From Alphaproteobacteria bacterium (lineage in GTDB: Bacteria; Pseudomonadota; Alphaproteobacteria; Reyranellales; Reyranellaceae): 64,000 nucleotides of DNA. Location: assembly GCA_010032545.1 (NCBI GenBank), contig RGPT01000001.1, positions 16,264 to 80,263 on the forward strand. The letters run 5' to 3'. Both the position numbers and the translations under genes were made by a program. The stretch's first letter is position 1. The number at the start of each line of letters is the position of its first letter. Shown piece after piece: positions 1-7,713 of the stretch. Below the pieces are notes generated by a model. That model was not told where the DNA came from. It saw only the letters and a list, made by a program, of their open reading frames with translations, and searched no databases.

Positions 1-2
1 GC

Positions 3-1346
3 TATCCGCGGCGCATCGCGCACGTGCCGCCGAACTTCAATTCGACCATCACCATGGCGCATGTCGCCAAGCATGCCGAACCCATCACGTCGGGCGCCGA
101 CATCGAGAACGTCATGCGCCGGGCCTTCAGCCTGCTGCGCAACGGCCGCGGCTCGCCGGTCATCATCGAGTTCCCGGCCGAGGCCAATGGCGAGGACGCG
201 CCCGATCCGCTGACCTACGTGCCCATCAAGCCCACGCGCTACGGCCCCGATCCTGCGGCGGTGAAGGAAGCCGCCAAGGTGCTGGTCGCGGCCAAGCGCC
301 CGGTCCTCTATGCCGGCCATGGCGTCCACTGGGCCGAGGCCTATGATGAACTGAAGGAACTGGCCGAACTTTTGGCCATTCCGGTCTGCACGTCGCTGCA
401 GGGCAAGAGCAGCTTCGACGAGACCCATCCGCTGTCGCTGGGCTCGGGCGGTCGCGCCTACCCGAAGCAGGTCCGCCATTTCCTCGACCAGTGCGACGTG
501 CTGTTCGGCGTCGGCTGCTCCTTCACGGAGACGAACTTCGGCATTTCGATGCCCAAGGGAAAGACGGTCATCCACACCACGCTCGATCCCGACCATCTCA
601 ACAAGGACGTGCGCTGCCAGTACGGCCTGATCGGCGATGCCAAGCTGGCGCTGCGTGCCATGATCGACGAATGCAGCAAGCTGGTCGGCGGAAAGAAGCG
701 CGACGCAGGTGCCGTCGTGGCCGAGATCAAGCCGATGGCCGACGCGTGGCTCCAGGAGTGGATGCCCAAGCTCACCAACAACGAGGCGCCGCTCAATCCC
801 TACCGCGTGCTGTGGGACCTCCAGCACACGGTCGACAAGGCCAACACCATCATCACCCACGATGCGGGCAGCCCGCGCGACCAGCTCTCGCCGTTCTGGA
901 AGACGACGGCGCCGCACACCTACATCGGTTGGGGCAAGACCACGCAGCTGGGCTACGGCCTCGGCCTCGCCATGGGCGCCAAGCTCGCCTGCCCGGACAA
1001 GCTCTGCATCAACGTGTGGGGCGACGCGGCCATCGGCTTCACCGGCATGGATTTTGAGACCGCGGTGCGCGAGCGCATTCCGATCATGTCGATCCTGCTC
1101 AACAACTTCTCGATGGCGATCGAGCTTCACATCATGAAGGTCTCGACCGAGAAGTACCGCTCGACCGACATCTCCGGCGACTACGCCGCCATGGCCCGTG
1201 CCTTCGGCGGCTACGGCGAGCGGGTGACCAAGCCCGAGGACATCATTCCCGCCATCAAGCGCGGCATCGAGCAGACGAAGAAGGGCGTGCCGGTCCTGCT
1301 GGAGTTCATCACCTCCAAGGAAGTGACGATCTCGACGCCGAAATAG
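3..1346 (+). CDS. Thiamine pyrophosphate-dependent enzyme (acetolactate synthase-like), 5'-truncated by the window edge
   Basis: Frame is open from position 3; middle domain PVLYAGHGVHWA; TPP-binding motif GDAA...NN (VWGDAAIGFTGMDFETAVRERIPIMSILLNN). Confidence 0.85.
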   Translation, partial: YPRRIAHVPPNFNSTITMAHVAKHAEPITSGADIENVMRRAFSLLRNGRGSPVIIEFPAEANGEDAPDPLTYVPIKPTRYGPDPAAVKEAAKVLVAAKRPVLYAGHGVHWAEAYDELKELAELLAIPVCTSLQGKSSFDETHPLSLGSGGRAYPKQVRHFLDQCDVLFGVGCSFTETNFGISMPKGKTVIHTTLDPDHLNKDVRCQYGLIGDAKLALRAMIDECSKLVGGKKRDAGAVVAEIKPMADAWLQEWMPKLTNNEAPLNPYRVLWDLQHTVDKANTIITHDAGSPRDQLSPFWKTTAPHTYIGWGKTTQLGYGLGLAMGAKLACPDKLCINVWGDAAIGFTGMDFETAVRERIPIMSILLNNFSMAIELHIMKVSTEKYRSTDISGDYAAMARAFGGYGERVTKPEDIIPAIKRGIEQTKKGVPVLLEFITSKEVTISTPK

Positions 1347-1410
1347 TGCTGGAAGGAATCATGCCCTCCTCTCCGCTCGAGGGTGGGGCAATCGCGTATG
1401 GATTTTGTCC

Positions 1411-1457
1411 GTCGTCCTGAGCGGAGCCGCCCGAAGGGCGGCGCAGTCGAAGGACCT
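1411..1457 (+). repeat. REP-like palindromic repeat, long form, left arm
   Basis: gtcgtcctgagcggagccgcccgaagggcggcgcagtcgaaggacct; inverted copy at 1754-1800 with 2 mismatches in 47 nt; internal hairpin gccgccc-gaa-gggcggc. Confidence 0.9.
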
Positions 1458-1462
1458 GTCTT

Positions 1463-1750
1463 ATGCGGCAGCCCGTCGTCTGTATCCTTGCGAGCGCAAC
1501 GGGTCGGGCTCTATACGTCGGTGTCACGACGGATTTGCCGCGACGTTTGCACGAGCATAGGCTCGGGCGAGTGATCCATACGGCGAAGTACAAGATTGAT
1601 CGTCTGATCTACGTCGAACATTTTGAGACCGCACCCGACGCGATCGCCCGGGAAAAGCAATTGAAGGGTTGGACGCGGGCTAAAAAGGTCGCCCTGATCA
1701 ATCGATCGAACCCGGATTGGCGCGACCTTGCCGGCGAGATCGATGGCTAA
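1463..1750 (+). CDS. Stand-alone GIY-YIG nuclease family protein (about 95 aa)
   Basis: VCILAS...LYVGVTTDLPRRLHEH...AIAREKQLKGWTRAKKVALI...NPDWRDL is the typical short GIY-YIG pattern. Confidence 0.9.
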   Translation: MRQPVVCILASATGRALYVGVTTDLPRRLHEHRLGRVIHTAKYKIDRLIYVEHFETAPDAIAREKQLKGWTRAKKVALINRSNPDWRDLAGEIDG

Positions 1751-1753
1751 GAA

Positions 1754-1800
1754 AGGTCCTTCGACTGCGCCGCCCTGCGGGCGGCTTCGCTCAGGACGAC
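1754..1800 (-). repeat. REP-like palindromic repeat, long form, right arm
   Basis: Reverse complement is gtcgtcctgagcgaagccgcccgcagggcggcgcagtcgaaggacct, matching 1411-1457 at 45/47. Confidence 0.9.
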
Positions 1801-1849
1801 GAGGGGAGGCCTTGGCTCGCCAGGGCGAAGGAACTTGATGGAGATGCCG

Positions 1850-2908
1850 ATGACGAAGATCCTCATGCCGACGGCCGAACATGACGTCACGGCTCATGAC
1901 GGTCTCTGGATGAGTCCCGCTGATGCGGAGAAGGTCACCGGCTGGGCGCTGAAGCCCGAAGGCATGTGCCGCGCCGAACTTTGCGTGCCGATGCCGGTGT
2001 CGGCGGTGAAGGGCAGCGAAGTCGACGTCGAGGCCTTCTGGAAGAAGCTCGGCGGACCCGTGATCTCCAGCGACGCCGGCGACGTGTGGGCGCTGGGTGC
2101 GCCCGCGGACGAGCGCAATGCCGCGCTGGAGGGGCTACAGGCGCCGGACTTCACCCTGCCGGACATCGACGGCACGCCGCGGTCGCTCTCGCAGCTCCGC
2201 GGCAAGAAGGTTTTCCTCGCCACCTGGGCCAGTTGGTGAGGCTGCCGGTTTGACTTGCCCGTGTGGCAGCAACTCTACGCCGAACTGAAGGACAGGAATT
2301 TCATGGTGGTGGCCGTGGCCGAGGAAAGCCGCGGCGCGGACCATGCGCGGCCGTGGATCGAGCAGGCGAAGTCGGAGTACTGGCAGCTGATCGACACCGA
2401 CCATCGCCTCGAAGACCTCTACAATCTCGTGAACGTGCCGCAGGCGATCTGGATCGACGAACAGGGCCGGATCGTGCGACCGCCCGAGACCGCAGGCTCG
2501 ACCGATCACTTCCGCCGCATGGACCTCAAGACCAAGACCATGTCGGCCGAGGACCAGGCCGAGCGCCTGGCGGCGCGCGTGGCCTATCTCGACGCCGTGC
2601 GCGCCTGGGTGAATACCGGCAAGCACGCCCTGCCGGCTGACGTCGCCCGGGCAGGCTTGCCGAAGGTGACGCTAGAAATCGCCGAGGCGCGGGCACGGTT
2701 CCGGCTCGGTGTCTGGCTGCGCGCCCATGGCAGCACGGTCGAGGGCGATCGTCAGATGAACGAGGCGAGCAGCCTGCATCCCGAGTCGTGGAGCCTGTGG
2801 CGTCAGGCCGCCGACCTCGACGAGGTTGGCAAGGCGTCGGGCCCGGACTTCTGGAAGCGCGTGCAGGCCCTGGGGGAAAGGCCTTACTATCCGCCGCCCA
2901 AGCTCTAG
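1850..2908 (+). CDS. Thioredoxin-fold (ResA/TlpA-like) redoxin with in-frame UGA, probable selenoprotein (WASW-U-GC)
   Basis: Track ORFs 1835..2239 and 2255..2908 are in the same frame, separated only by TGA 2237-2239 at the redox-active position: APDFTLPD...KKVFLATWASW*GCRFDLPVWQQLY; start uncertain (1838/1844/1850; GGAG precedes 1850). Confidence 0.75.
2241..2270 (+). promoter_or_regulatory. Candidate bacterial SECIS-like hairpin immediately 3' of the UGA
   Basis: gctgcc (2241-2246) pairs perfectly with ggcagc (2265-2270); inner gg/cc pairing possible; not formally folded. Confidence 0.45.
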
Positions 2909-2947
2909 AGATTGAAATCTGACAAAAGAGCCCTTTTGGAACGTCCT

Positions 2948-3049
2948 GTCGTCCTGAGCGAAGCGAAGGACCTCGCCGATCGACCAGATACGGACCATCG
3001 ATACCGAGTCCTTGGCTGACGTGAGGTCCTTCGCTTCGCTCAGGACGAC
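2948..3049. repeat. REP-like inverted doublet (short form), no ORF inside
   Basis: gtcgtcctgagcgaagcgaaggacctc (2948-2974) and its perfect reverse complement (3023-3049), 48-nt spacer; same family as 1411/1754. Confidence 0.92.
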
Positions 3050-3095
3050 GAAGTTTCTTCACATGCGATAACCTTGGAAGCTAAAGGGGGAGCAC

Positions 3096-4397
3096 ATGCG
3101 CCTGTCCTGGCATGACCTCGGAAAGCCGCGCGCCGACAGGGCCGACGGCAAGCCTGTCGAGATCACCGGCTTCCCGCTCACCTTGTTGCCGACAGGACGC
3201 TCCGACCGTTTCCTGATGATGGCCGAGCCCGGCTGCTGCCAGGGTTGCGTACCCAACAATCCGCAAGCAGTGGTCGAGGTCCTGGCGGATCAGCCGCTGG
3301 AACTCGGCAAGCGCGCGCTGCGGTTGAGCGGCACCTGGCGCGTGTCGTCCGATGGCGACGGTTGGCGCTATCAGCTGCACGGCGCCAGCGTGAAGCCCGG
3401 GATGACGCGGCGCGCCCTGATGGCGGCGAGTCCGCTCTTCTGTCTGCCTGTGCCGGCGATGGCGCAGGCCACCGATGGCATGGCGGTCGACATCCATAGT
3501 CACGCCGGCAACATCATCCAGATGAGTATCGGGCGCGGCCAGGCGCTCGGCATCACCGAGCCGATGCGCCAAGGCGGTGTCTCGGCGATCTGCCTCGCCG
3601 TCGTTGCCGACTCTCCGGTCATCACCAGCAGCGGCGGCCGCCTGCGGCCGGGACGCGACCCCAGGCCAGGCGAACTCTACAGCTTCAGCCAGACCTCGTT
3701 CCCGGCGCTGCACAAGCTCGCCCGGGATCAGGGCCTGCCGATCGTCCGCACCGCGGCGGAGCTGCGCGCGGCACGGTCCAGCCGGCCGTCCGTCATCGTC
3801 TCGTCGGAAGGCGCGGATTTCCTCGAGGGCCGGATCGAACGCCTCGACGAGGCCTGGCAGCGCTGGGCCCTGCGCCACCTCCAGCTCACGCACTATCGGC
3901 CGAACGAGCTGGGCGACATCCAGACCGAACCCAGCGTGCACGATGGGCTGACGGCCTTCGGCGCCGAGGTGATCCGTCGCTGCAACCAGATGGGCATCGT
4001 GGTCGACGTGGCGCACGGCCCCTATGAGTTGGTGCGGAAGGCGGCTTCGGTGACCACCAGGCCGTTGGTCCTGTCGCACACCTCGCTCAGCGACCGGCAG
4101 TCGCCGTGGACGCGGCAGATCACGTCGAGTCATGCCCGCGCCATCGCCGCCACCGGCGGCGTCATCGGCATCTGGCCGATTCCTGCCTTTTCCCCCAACA
4201 TCGTGTCCTACGCCATGGACGGCTTCGCGCGCATGGTCGACGTGGTCGGCATCGACCATGTCGGGCTCGGCACCGACCAGATGGGCCTGCCCGGCGGCAG
4301 CACGATGCCGGGCTACGCCGACCTGCCGCAGCTCGCCGCCGCCCTGCGTACGCGATTCAACGCGGAGGAGACGGCGAAGCTCCTCGGCGGCAACTAA
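3096..4397 (+). CDS. DUF3299-like N-terminal domain fused to a membrane (M19-type) dipeptidase; probably ends prematurely (natural stop 4427)
   Basis: N-term VEITGF...FLMMAEPGCCQGCVP; C-term DIHSH, SEGAD, DVAH, SHT, HVGLGTD amidohydrolase motifs; GGN-TAA-RRVFEACIG-TAG. Confidence 0.75.
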   Translation: MRLSWHDLGKPRADRADGKPVEITGFPLTLLPTGRSDRFLMMAEPGCCQGCVPNNPQAVVEVLADQPLELGKRALRLSGTWRVSSDGDGWRYQLHGASVKPGMTRRALMAASPLFCLPVPAMAQATDGMAVDIHSHAGNIIQMSIGRGQALGITEPMRQGGVSAICLAVVADSPVITSSGGRLRPGRDPRPGELYSFSQTSFPALHKLARDQGLPIVRTAAELRAARSSRPSVIVSSEGADFLEGRIERLDEAWQRWALRHLQLTHYRPNELGDIQTEPSVHDGLTAFGAEVIRRCNQMGIVVDVAHGPYELVRKAASVTTRPLVLSHTSLSDRQSPWTRQITSSHARAIAATGGVIGIWPIPAFSPNIVSYAMDGFARMVDVVGIDHVGLGTDQMGLPGGSTMPGYADLPQLAAALRTRFNAEETAKLLGGN

Positions 4398-4765
4398 CGC
4401 CGGGTTTTCGAGGCCTGTATCGGCTAGGCGTCGGTGCGGGAGCCCTTGACAATTTCCTATGAGATAATATTTTTCATATCAACTTGATCGACCGATGACT
4501 GGATCGGCCAATCGGTCATGTCGACCCGTCGCGTCGGCGGGGCGGAAGGGGAACGCGAAAAATGTCCCACTTTCTTTCCCACTCCCGTCGCCGGTAACCG
4601 TTGATATTCAAGGATTTTTGGCGGAATTCCCCGCGCAAGATAGGATGACTTCCCGGGGTATGTGGATCGCCCGCGATCACACATCCGTGAAGGCGGTGCA
4701 GTTGCTATGCGCCCCCGGGCGGCTCGGGTAGGCTCGCCGCATATTGCAAGCAACAGGAGGCCGGG

Positions 4766-5215
4766 ATGGCTGTGCTCAATGTCAATGGCAAGGCGGTCAA
4801 TCACAACGCCGACCCGCGTACCCCCCTGCTCTGGGTGCTGCGCGAGCAGCTCGGTCTCACCGGCACCAAGTACGGCTGCGGCATCGCCCAGTGTGGCAGC
4901 TGCACGGTGCACATCGACGGTGTGGCGACGCGCTCCTGCCAGACGCCGGTCAACTCCGTTGGCAACCGCAAGGTCGTTACCGTCGAGGGGCTGGCCGCCA
5001 ACGGCACGCTGACCAAGATCCAGCAGGCCTGGGTCGCCGCCGACGTCCCGCAATGTGGCTACTGCCAGAGCGGCATGATCATGGCGGCCACCGCGCTGCT
5101 CGCCGCCAAGCCCAAGCCGACCGACGCCGACATCGATGCTGCCATGACCAACATCTGCCGCTGCGGCACCTACCAGCAGGTGCGCGAAGCCATCCACGCC
5201 GCCGCCAAGGCCTGA
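4766..5215 (+). CDS. (2Fe-2S)-binding small subunit of a xanthine dehydrogenase family Mo enzyme (IorA-like)
   Basis: [16 protein letters not shown] and QCGYCQSG...NICRCGTY iron-sulfur motifs; RBS caggagg. Confidence 0.95.
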   Translation: MAVLNVNGKAVNHNADPRTPLLWVLREQLGLTGTKYGCGIAQCGSCTVHIDGVATRSCQTPVNSVGNRKVVTVEGLAANGTLTKIQQAWVAADVPQCGYCQSGMIMAATALLAAKPKPTDADIDAAMTNICRCGTYQQVREAIHAAAKA

Positions 5216-5229
5216 GGGGAGGACGCATC

Positions 5230-7404
5230 ATGACCATCCATCACACGTCTCTCGGCCGTCGCGGATTCCTTGTCAGCGGCGCGGCCGTTGCCGGCGGCTT
5301 CTCGCTCGGCTTCCACATTCCCTTCGATGGCGGCCAGGCGCATGCCCAAACCGTCAAGGAACTGAACGCCTGGGTGGTGATCCATCCCGACGACAAGGTG
5401 GTGATCCGCATCGCCCGTTCCGAGATGGGGCAGGGCACGCTCACCGGCCTCTGCCAGCTCGTCGCCGAGGAACTCGAGTGCGACTGGAACAAGGTCACCT
5501 GGGAGTATCCCACCCCGGGCGAAAACGTCGCGCGCAACCGGGTCTGGAAAAACTTCTCGACCGGCGGCAGCCGCGGCATTCGCGAAAGCAACCAGTATGT
5601 CCGCGAGGGCGGCGCCATGGCGCGCGAGATGCTGATTGCGGCGGCAGCGGCGCAGCTCAAGGTGCCGGCCACCGAGCTCACGGCAGCCAACAGCGTCATC
5701 ACCCACAAGGCCTCGGGCAAGACGGTGACCTACGGCGCGGTGGCCGCCGCCGCCGCCCAGCTCGAACCGCCCAAGGAAGTGAAGCTCAAGGACCCCAAGG
5801 ACTGGAAGATCGCGGGCAAGCCGGTCAAGCGCATCGACACGCTCGACAAGGTGACCGGCAAGCAGATCTACGGCATCGACTTCACCATGCCGGGCATGCT
5901 GGTCGCCACCGTGCGCGCCTGTCCGGTGATCGGCGGCAAGCTCAAGAGCTTCGATGCCGCCAAGGTCGAGAAGATGCCGGGCGTGAAGAAAGTGGTGGCG
6001 ATCGACGGCAATGCCGTCGTCGTAGTGGCCGACACCTACTGGAACGCCCGTACCGCATTGGCCGCGCTGTCGACCGACTGGGACGTCGGCAAGCTGGGCG
6101 AGGTCCAGCAGGAGACGATCAACGCGATGCTGAAGGAGGGCCTCGATGCGCCCGACGCCTTCGTCGGCAATAAGGTCGGCGATGCCAAGGCAGCCATTGC
6201 GGGTGCCGCCAAGAAGATCGAGGCGACCTACAGCTTCCCCTACCAGCACCACGTCACGATGGAGCCGATGAACGCCACGGCGCGCTACACCGCCGACAAG
6301 TGCGAGGTCTGGTGCGGCACGCAGAACGGCGAGGCGGCACTTGCCGCCGCGTCCGAGGCGTCCGGCCTGCCGGTCGCCAAGTGCGACGTCTACAAGCTGA
6401 TGCTGGGCGGCGGCTTCGGCCGGCGCGGCCGCTCCGACTATGTGCGGCAGGCCGTTCTGGTCGCCAAGGAGATGCCCGGCACGCCGGTCAAGCTGATCTG
6501 GTCGCGCGAAGAAGACATGACGCACTGCCAGTACCATCCGATCACCATGGCGAAGCTGACGGGCGGGCTCGACGCGCAGGGCAACCTGGTCGGTCTGCAG
6601 ATCCGCATCTCGGGTCAGTCGATCCTGGCCTCGCTGCTGCCGCAGAACCTGCAGAACGGCATGGACCCGGTGGTGTTCCAGGGCCTGATGGCAAGCGGCG
6701 TGGAGGCCGCCTACGGCTACGACGTGCCGAACCTGCTGATCGACCATGCCATGCGCAACCCGCACATCACCGCGGGCTTCTGGCGCGGCGTGAACGTCAA
6801 CCAGAATGCGGTCTACATGGAATGCTTCATGGACGAACTGGCGGAGGCCGCCGGACAGGATCCGCTGGCCTTCCGCATGAAGCTGCTGAAGCCCAAGTGG
6901 GCGGCGGTGCTGAAGGCCGCCGCCGACAAGGCGGGCTACGGCAAGCCGCTGCCGGCCGGGCACTTCCACGGCATCTCGCAGGTGATGGGCTATGGCAGCT
7001 ACGTGGCCGGCGTCGCCGAGGTGTCGGTGAGCGCCGACGGCCACCTCAAGACCCACAAGATCACCGCCGCGACCAACCCTGGCCATGTCGTCAACCCGGC
7101 GCAGATCGACCGCCAGGTCGCCGGCTCGTTCGTCTACGGCCTGACGGCGGCGCTGTATGGCGAGATCACGGTCAAGGATGGCGCCGTCGAACAGACCAAC
7201 TTCGACAGCTACAACATGATGCGCATGGACGAGATGCCCGTGGTCGAGACCGTGCTGGTGCCGACCGGGGACTTCTGGGGCGGCGTCGGCGAGCCTACCA
7301 TCGCGGTGGCGGCGCCTGCGGTACTGAACGCGATCGCCAAGGCGACAGGCAAGCGCGTACGCAACCTTCCGCTCATGCATCACGAGCTGAAGAAGGGAGC
7401 CTAG
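5230..7404 (+). CDS. Molybdopterin-binding large subunit, IorB/aldehyde oxidoreductase-like, with twin-arginine leader
   Basis: LGRRGFLV Tat-like leader; RSEMGQG, LGGGFGRR, GGVGEP motifs; ATG at 5230 after gaggggagg. Confidence 0.93.
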   Translation: MTIHHTSLGRRGFLVSGAAVAGGFSLGFHIPFDGGQAHAQTVKELNAWVVIHPDDKVVIRIARSEMGQGTLTGLCQLVAEELECDWNKVTWEYPTPGENVARNRVWKNFSTGGSRGIRESNQYVREGGAMAREMLIAAAAAQLKVPATELTAANSVITHKASGKTVTYGAVAAAAAQLEPPKEVKLKDPKDWKIAGKPVKRIDTLDKVTGKQIYGIDFTMPGMLVATVRACPVIGGKLKSFDAAKVEKMPGVKKVVAIDGNAVVVVADTYWNARTALAALSTDWDVGKLGEVQQETINAMLKEGLDAPDAFVGNKVGDAKAAIAGAAKKIEATYSFPYQHHVTMEPMNATARYTADKCEVWCGTQNGEAALAAASEASGLPVAKCDVYKLMLGGGFGRRGRSDYVRQAVLVAKEMPGTPVKLIWSREEDMTHCQYHPITMAKLTGGLDAQGNLVGLQIRISGQSILASLLPQNLQNGMDPVVFQGLMASGVEAAYGYDVPNLLIDHAMRNPHITAGFWRGVNVNQNAVYMECFMDELAEAAGQDPLAFRMKLLKPKWAAVLKAAADKAGYGKPLPAGHFHGISQVMGYGSYVAGVAEVSVSADGHLKTHKITAATNPGHVVNPAQIDRQVAGSFVYGLTAALYGEITVKDGAVEQTNFDSYNMMRMDEMPVVETVLVPTGDFWGGVGEPTIAVAAPAVLNAIAKATGKRVRNLPLMHHELKKGA

Positions 7405-7710
7405 ATGGGGCGATCTCTGCTGCCGGTGCTGGCGTCGGCGTTGCTGATGGCCGGCCCGGCGCAGGCGGCAGATGTCTCGCTCAATGGACCGCCGGGGGCG
7501 AGCTCGTGCACCGGCTGTCACGCCAGCGCGAAGATCGCCGACTCGGTGATCCCGCGCATTGCCGGCCGCAAGGCCGCGGACATCGTCACCTTCATGCGCG
7601 AGTACAAGAGCGGCGCCTGGCCGTCGAGCGTGATGGGGCGCATCGCCAAGGGCTTCGACGACCCGCAGACCGAAGCGATCGCGGCGTGGTTCGCCGCGCA
7701 GCCGGAGTAG
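7405..7710 (+). CDS. Small monoheme periplasmic cytochrome c (FccA/c553-like)
   Basis: Signal peptide, CTGCH heme motif, VMGRIA putative Met ligand. Confidence 0.88.
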   Translation: MGRSLLPVLASALLMAGPAQAADVSLNGPPGASSCTGCHASAKIADSVIPRIAGRKAADIVTFMREYKSGAWPSSVMGRIAKGFDDPQTEAIAAWFAAQPE

Positions 7711-7713
7711 GCG

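Noticed and set aside
1411-1800. Insertion sequence with terminal inverted repeats
   Set aside because: No DDE/HUH/serine transposase motif and no target-site duplication (flanks gattttgtcc / gaggggaggc); the arms recur without the gene at 2948-3049, so they are treated as REP-like.
1835-2908. Two separate genes or a simple pseudogene
   Set aside because: A single TGA sits exactly at the redox position with both halves intact and in frame; read-through is the better explanation, pending sel genes.
4446-4475. Canonical sigma-70 promoter at TTGACA
   Set aside because: The best -10-like hexamers (GATAAT, TAATAT) lie only 11-13 nt away rather than about 17.
4495-4731. 78-aa ORF in the operon leader
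   Set aside because: No recognisable motif, atypical codons, overlaps probable regulatory dyads.
4744-5229. N-terminal 160 aa of the 886-aa track ORF
   Set aside because: Shadow frame over the 2Fe-2S gene; the real Mo subunit starts at 5230.
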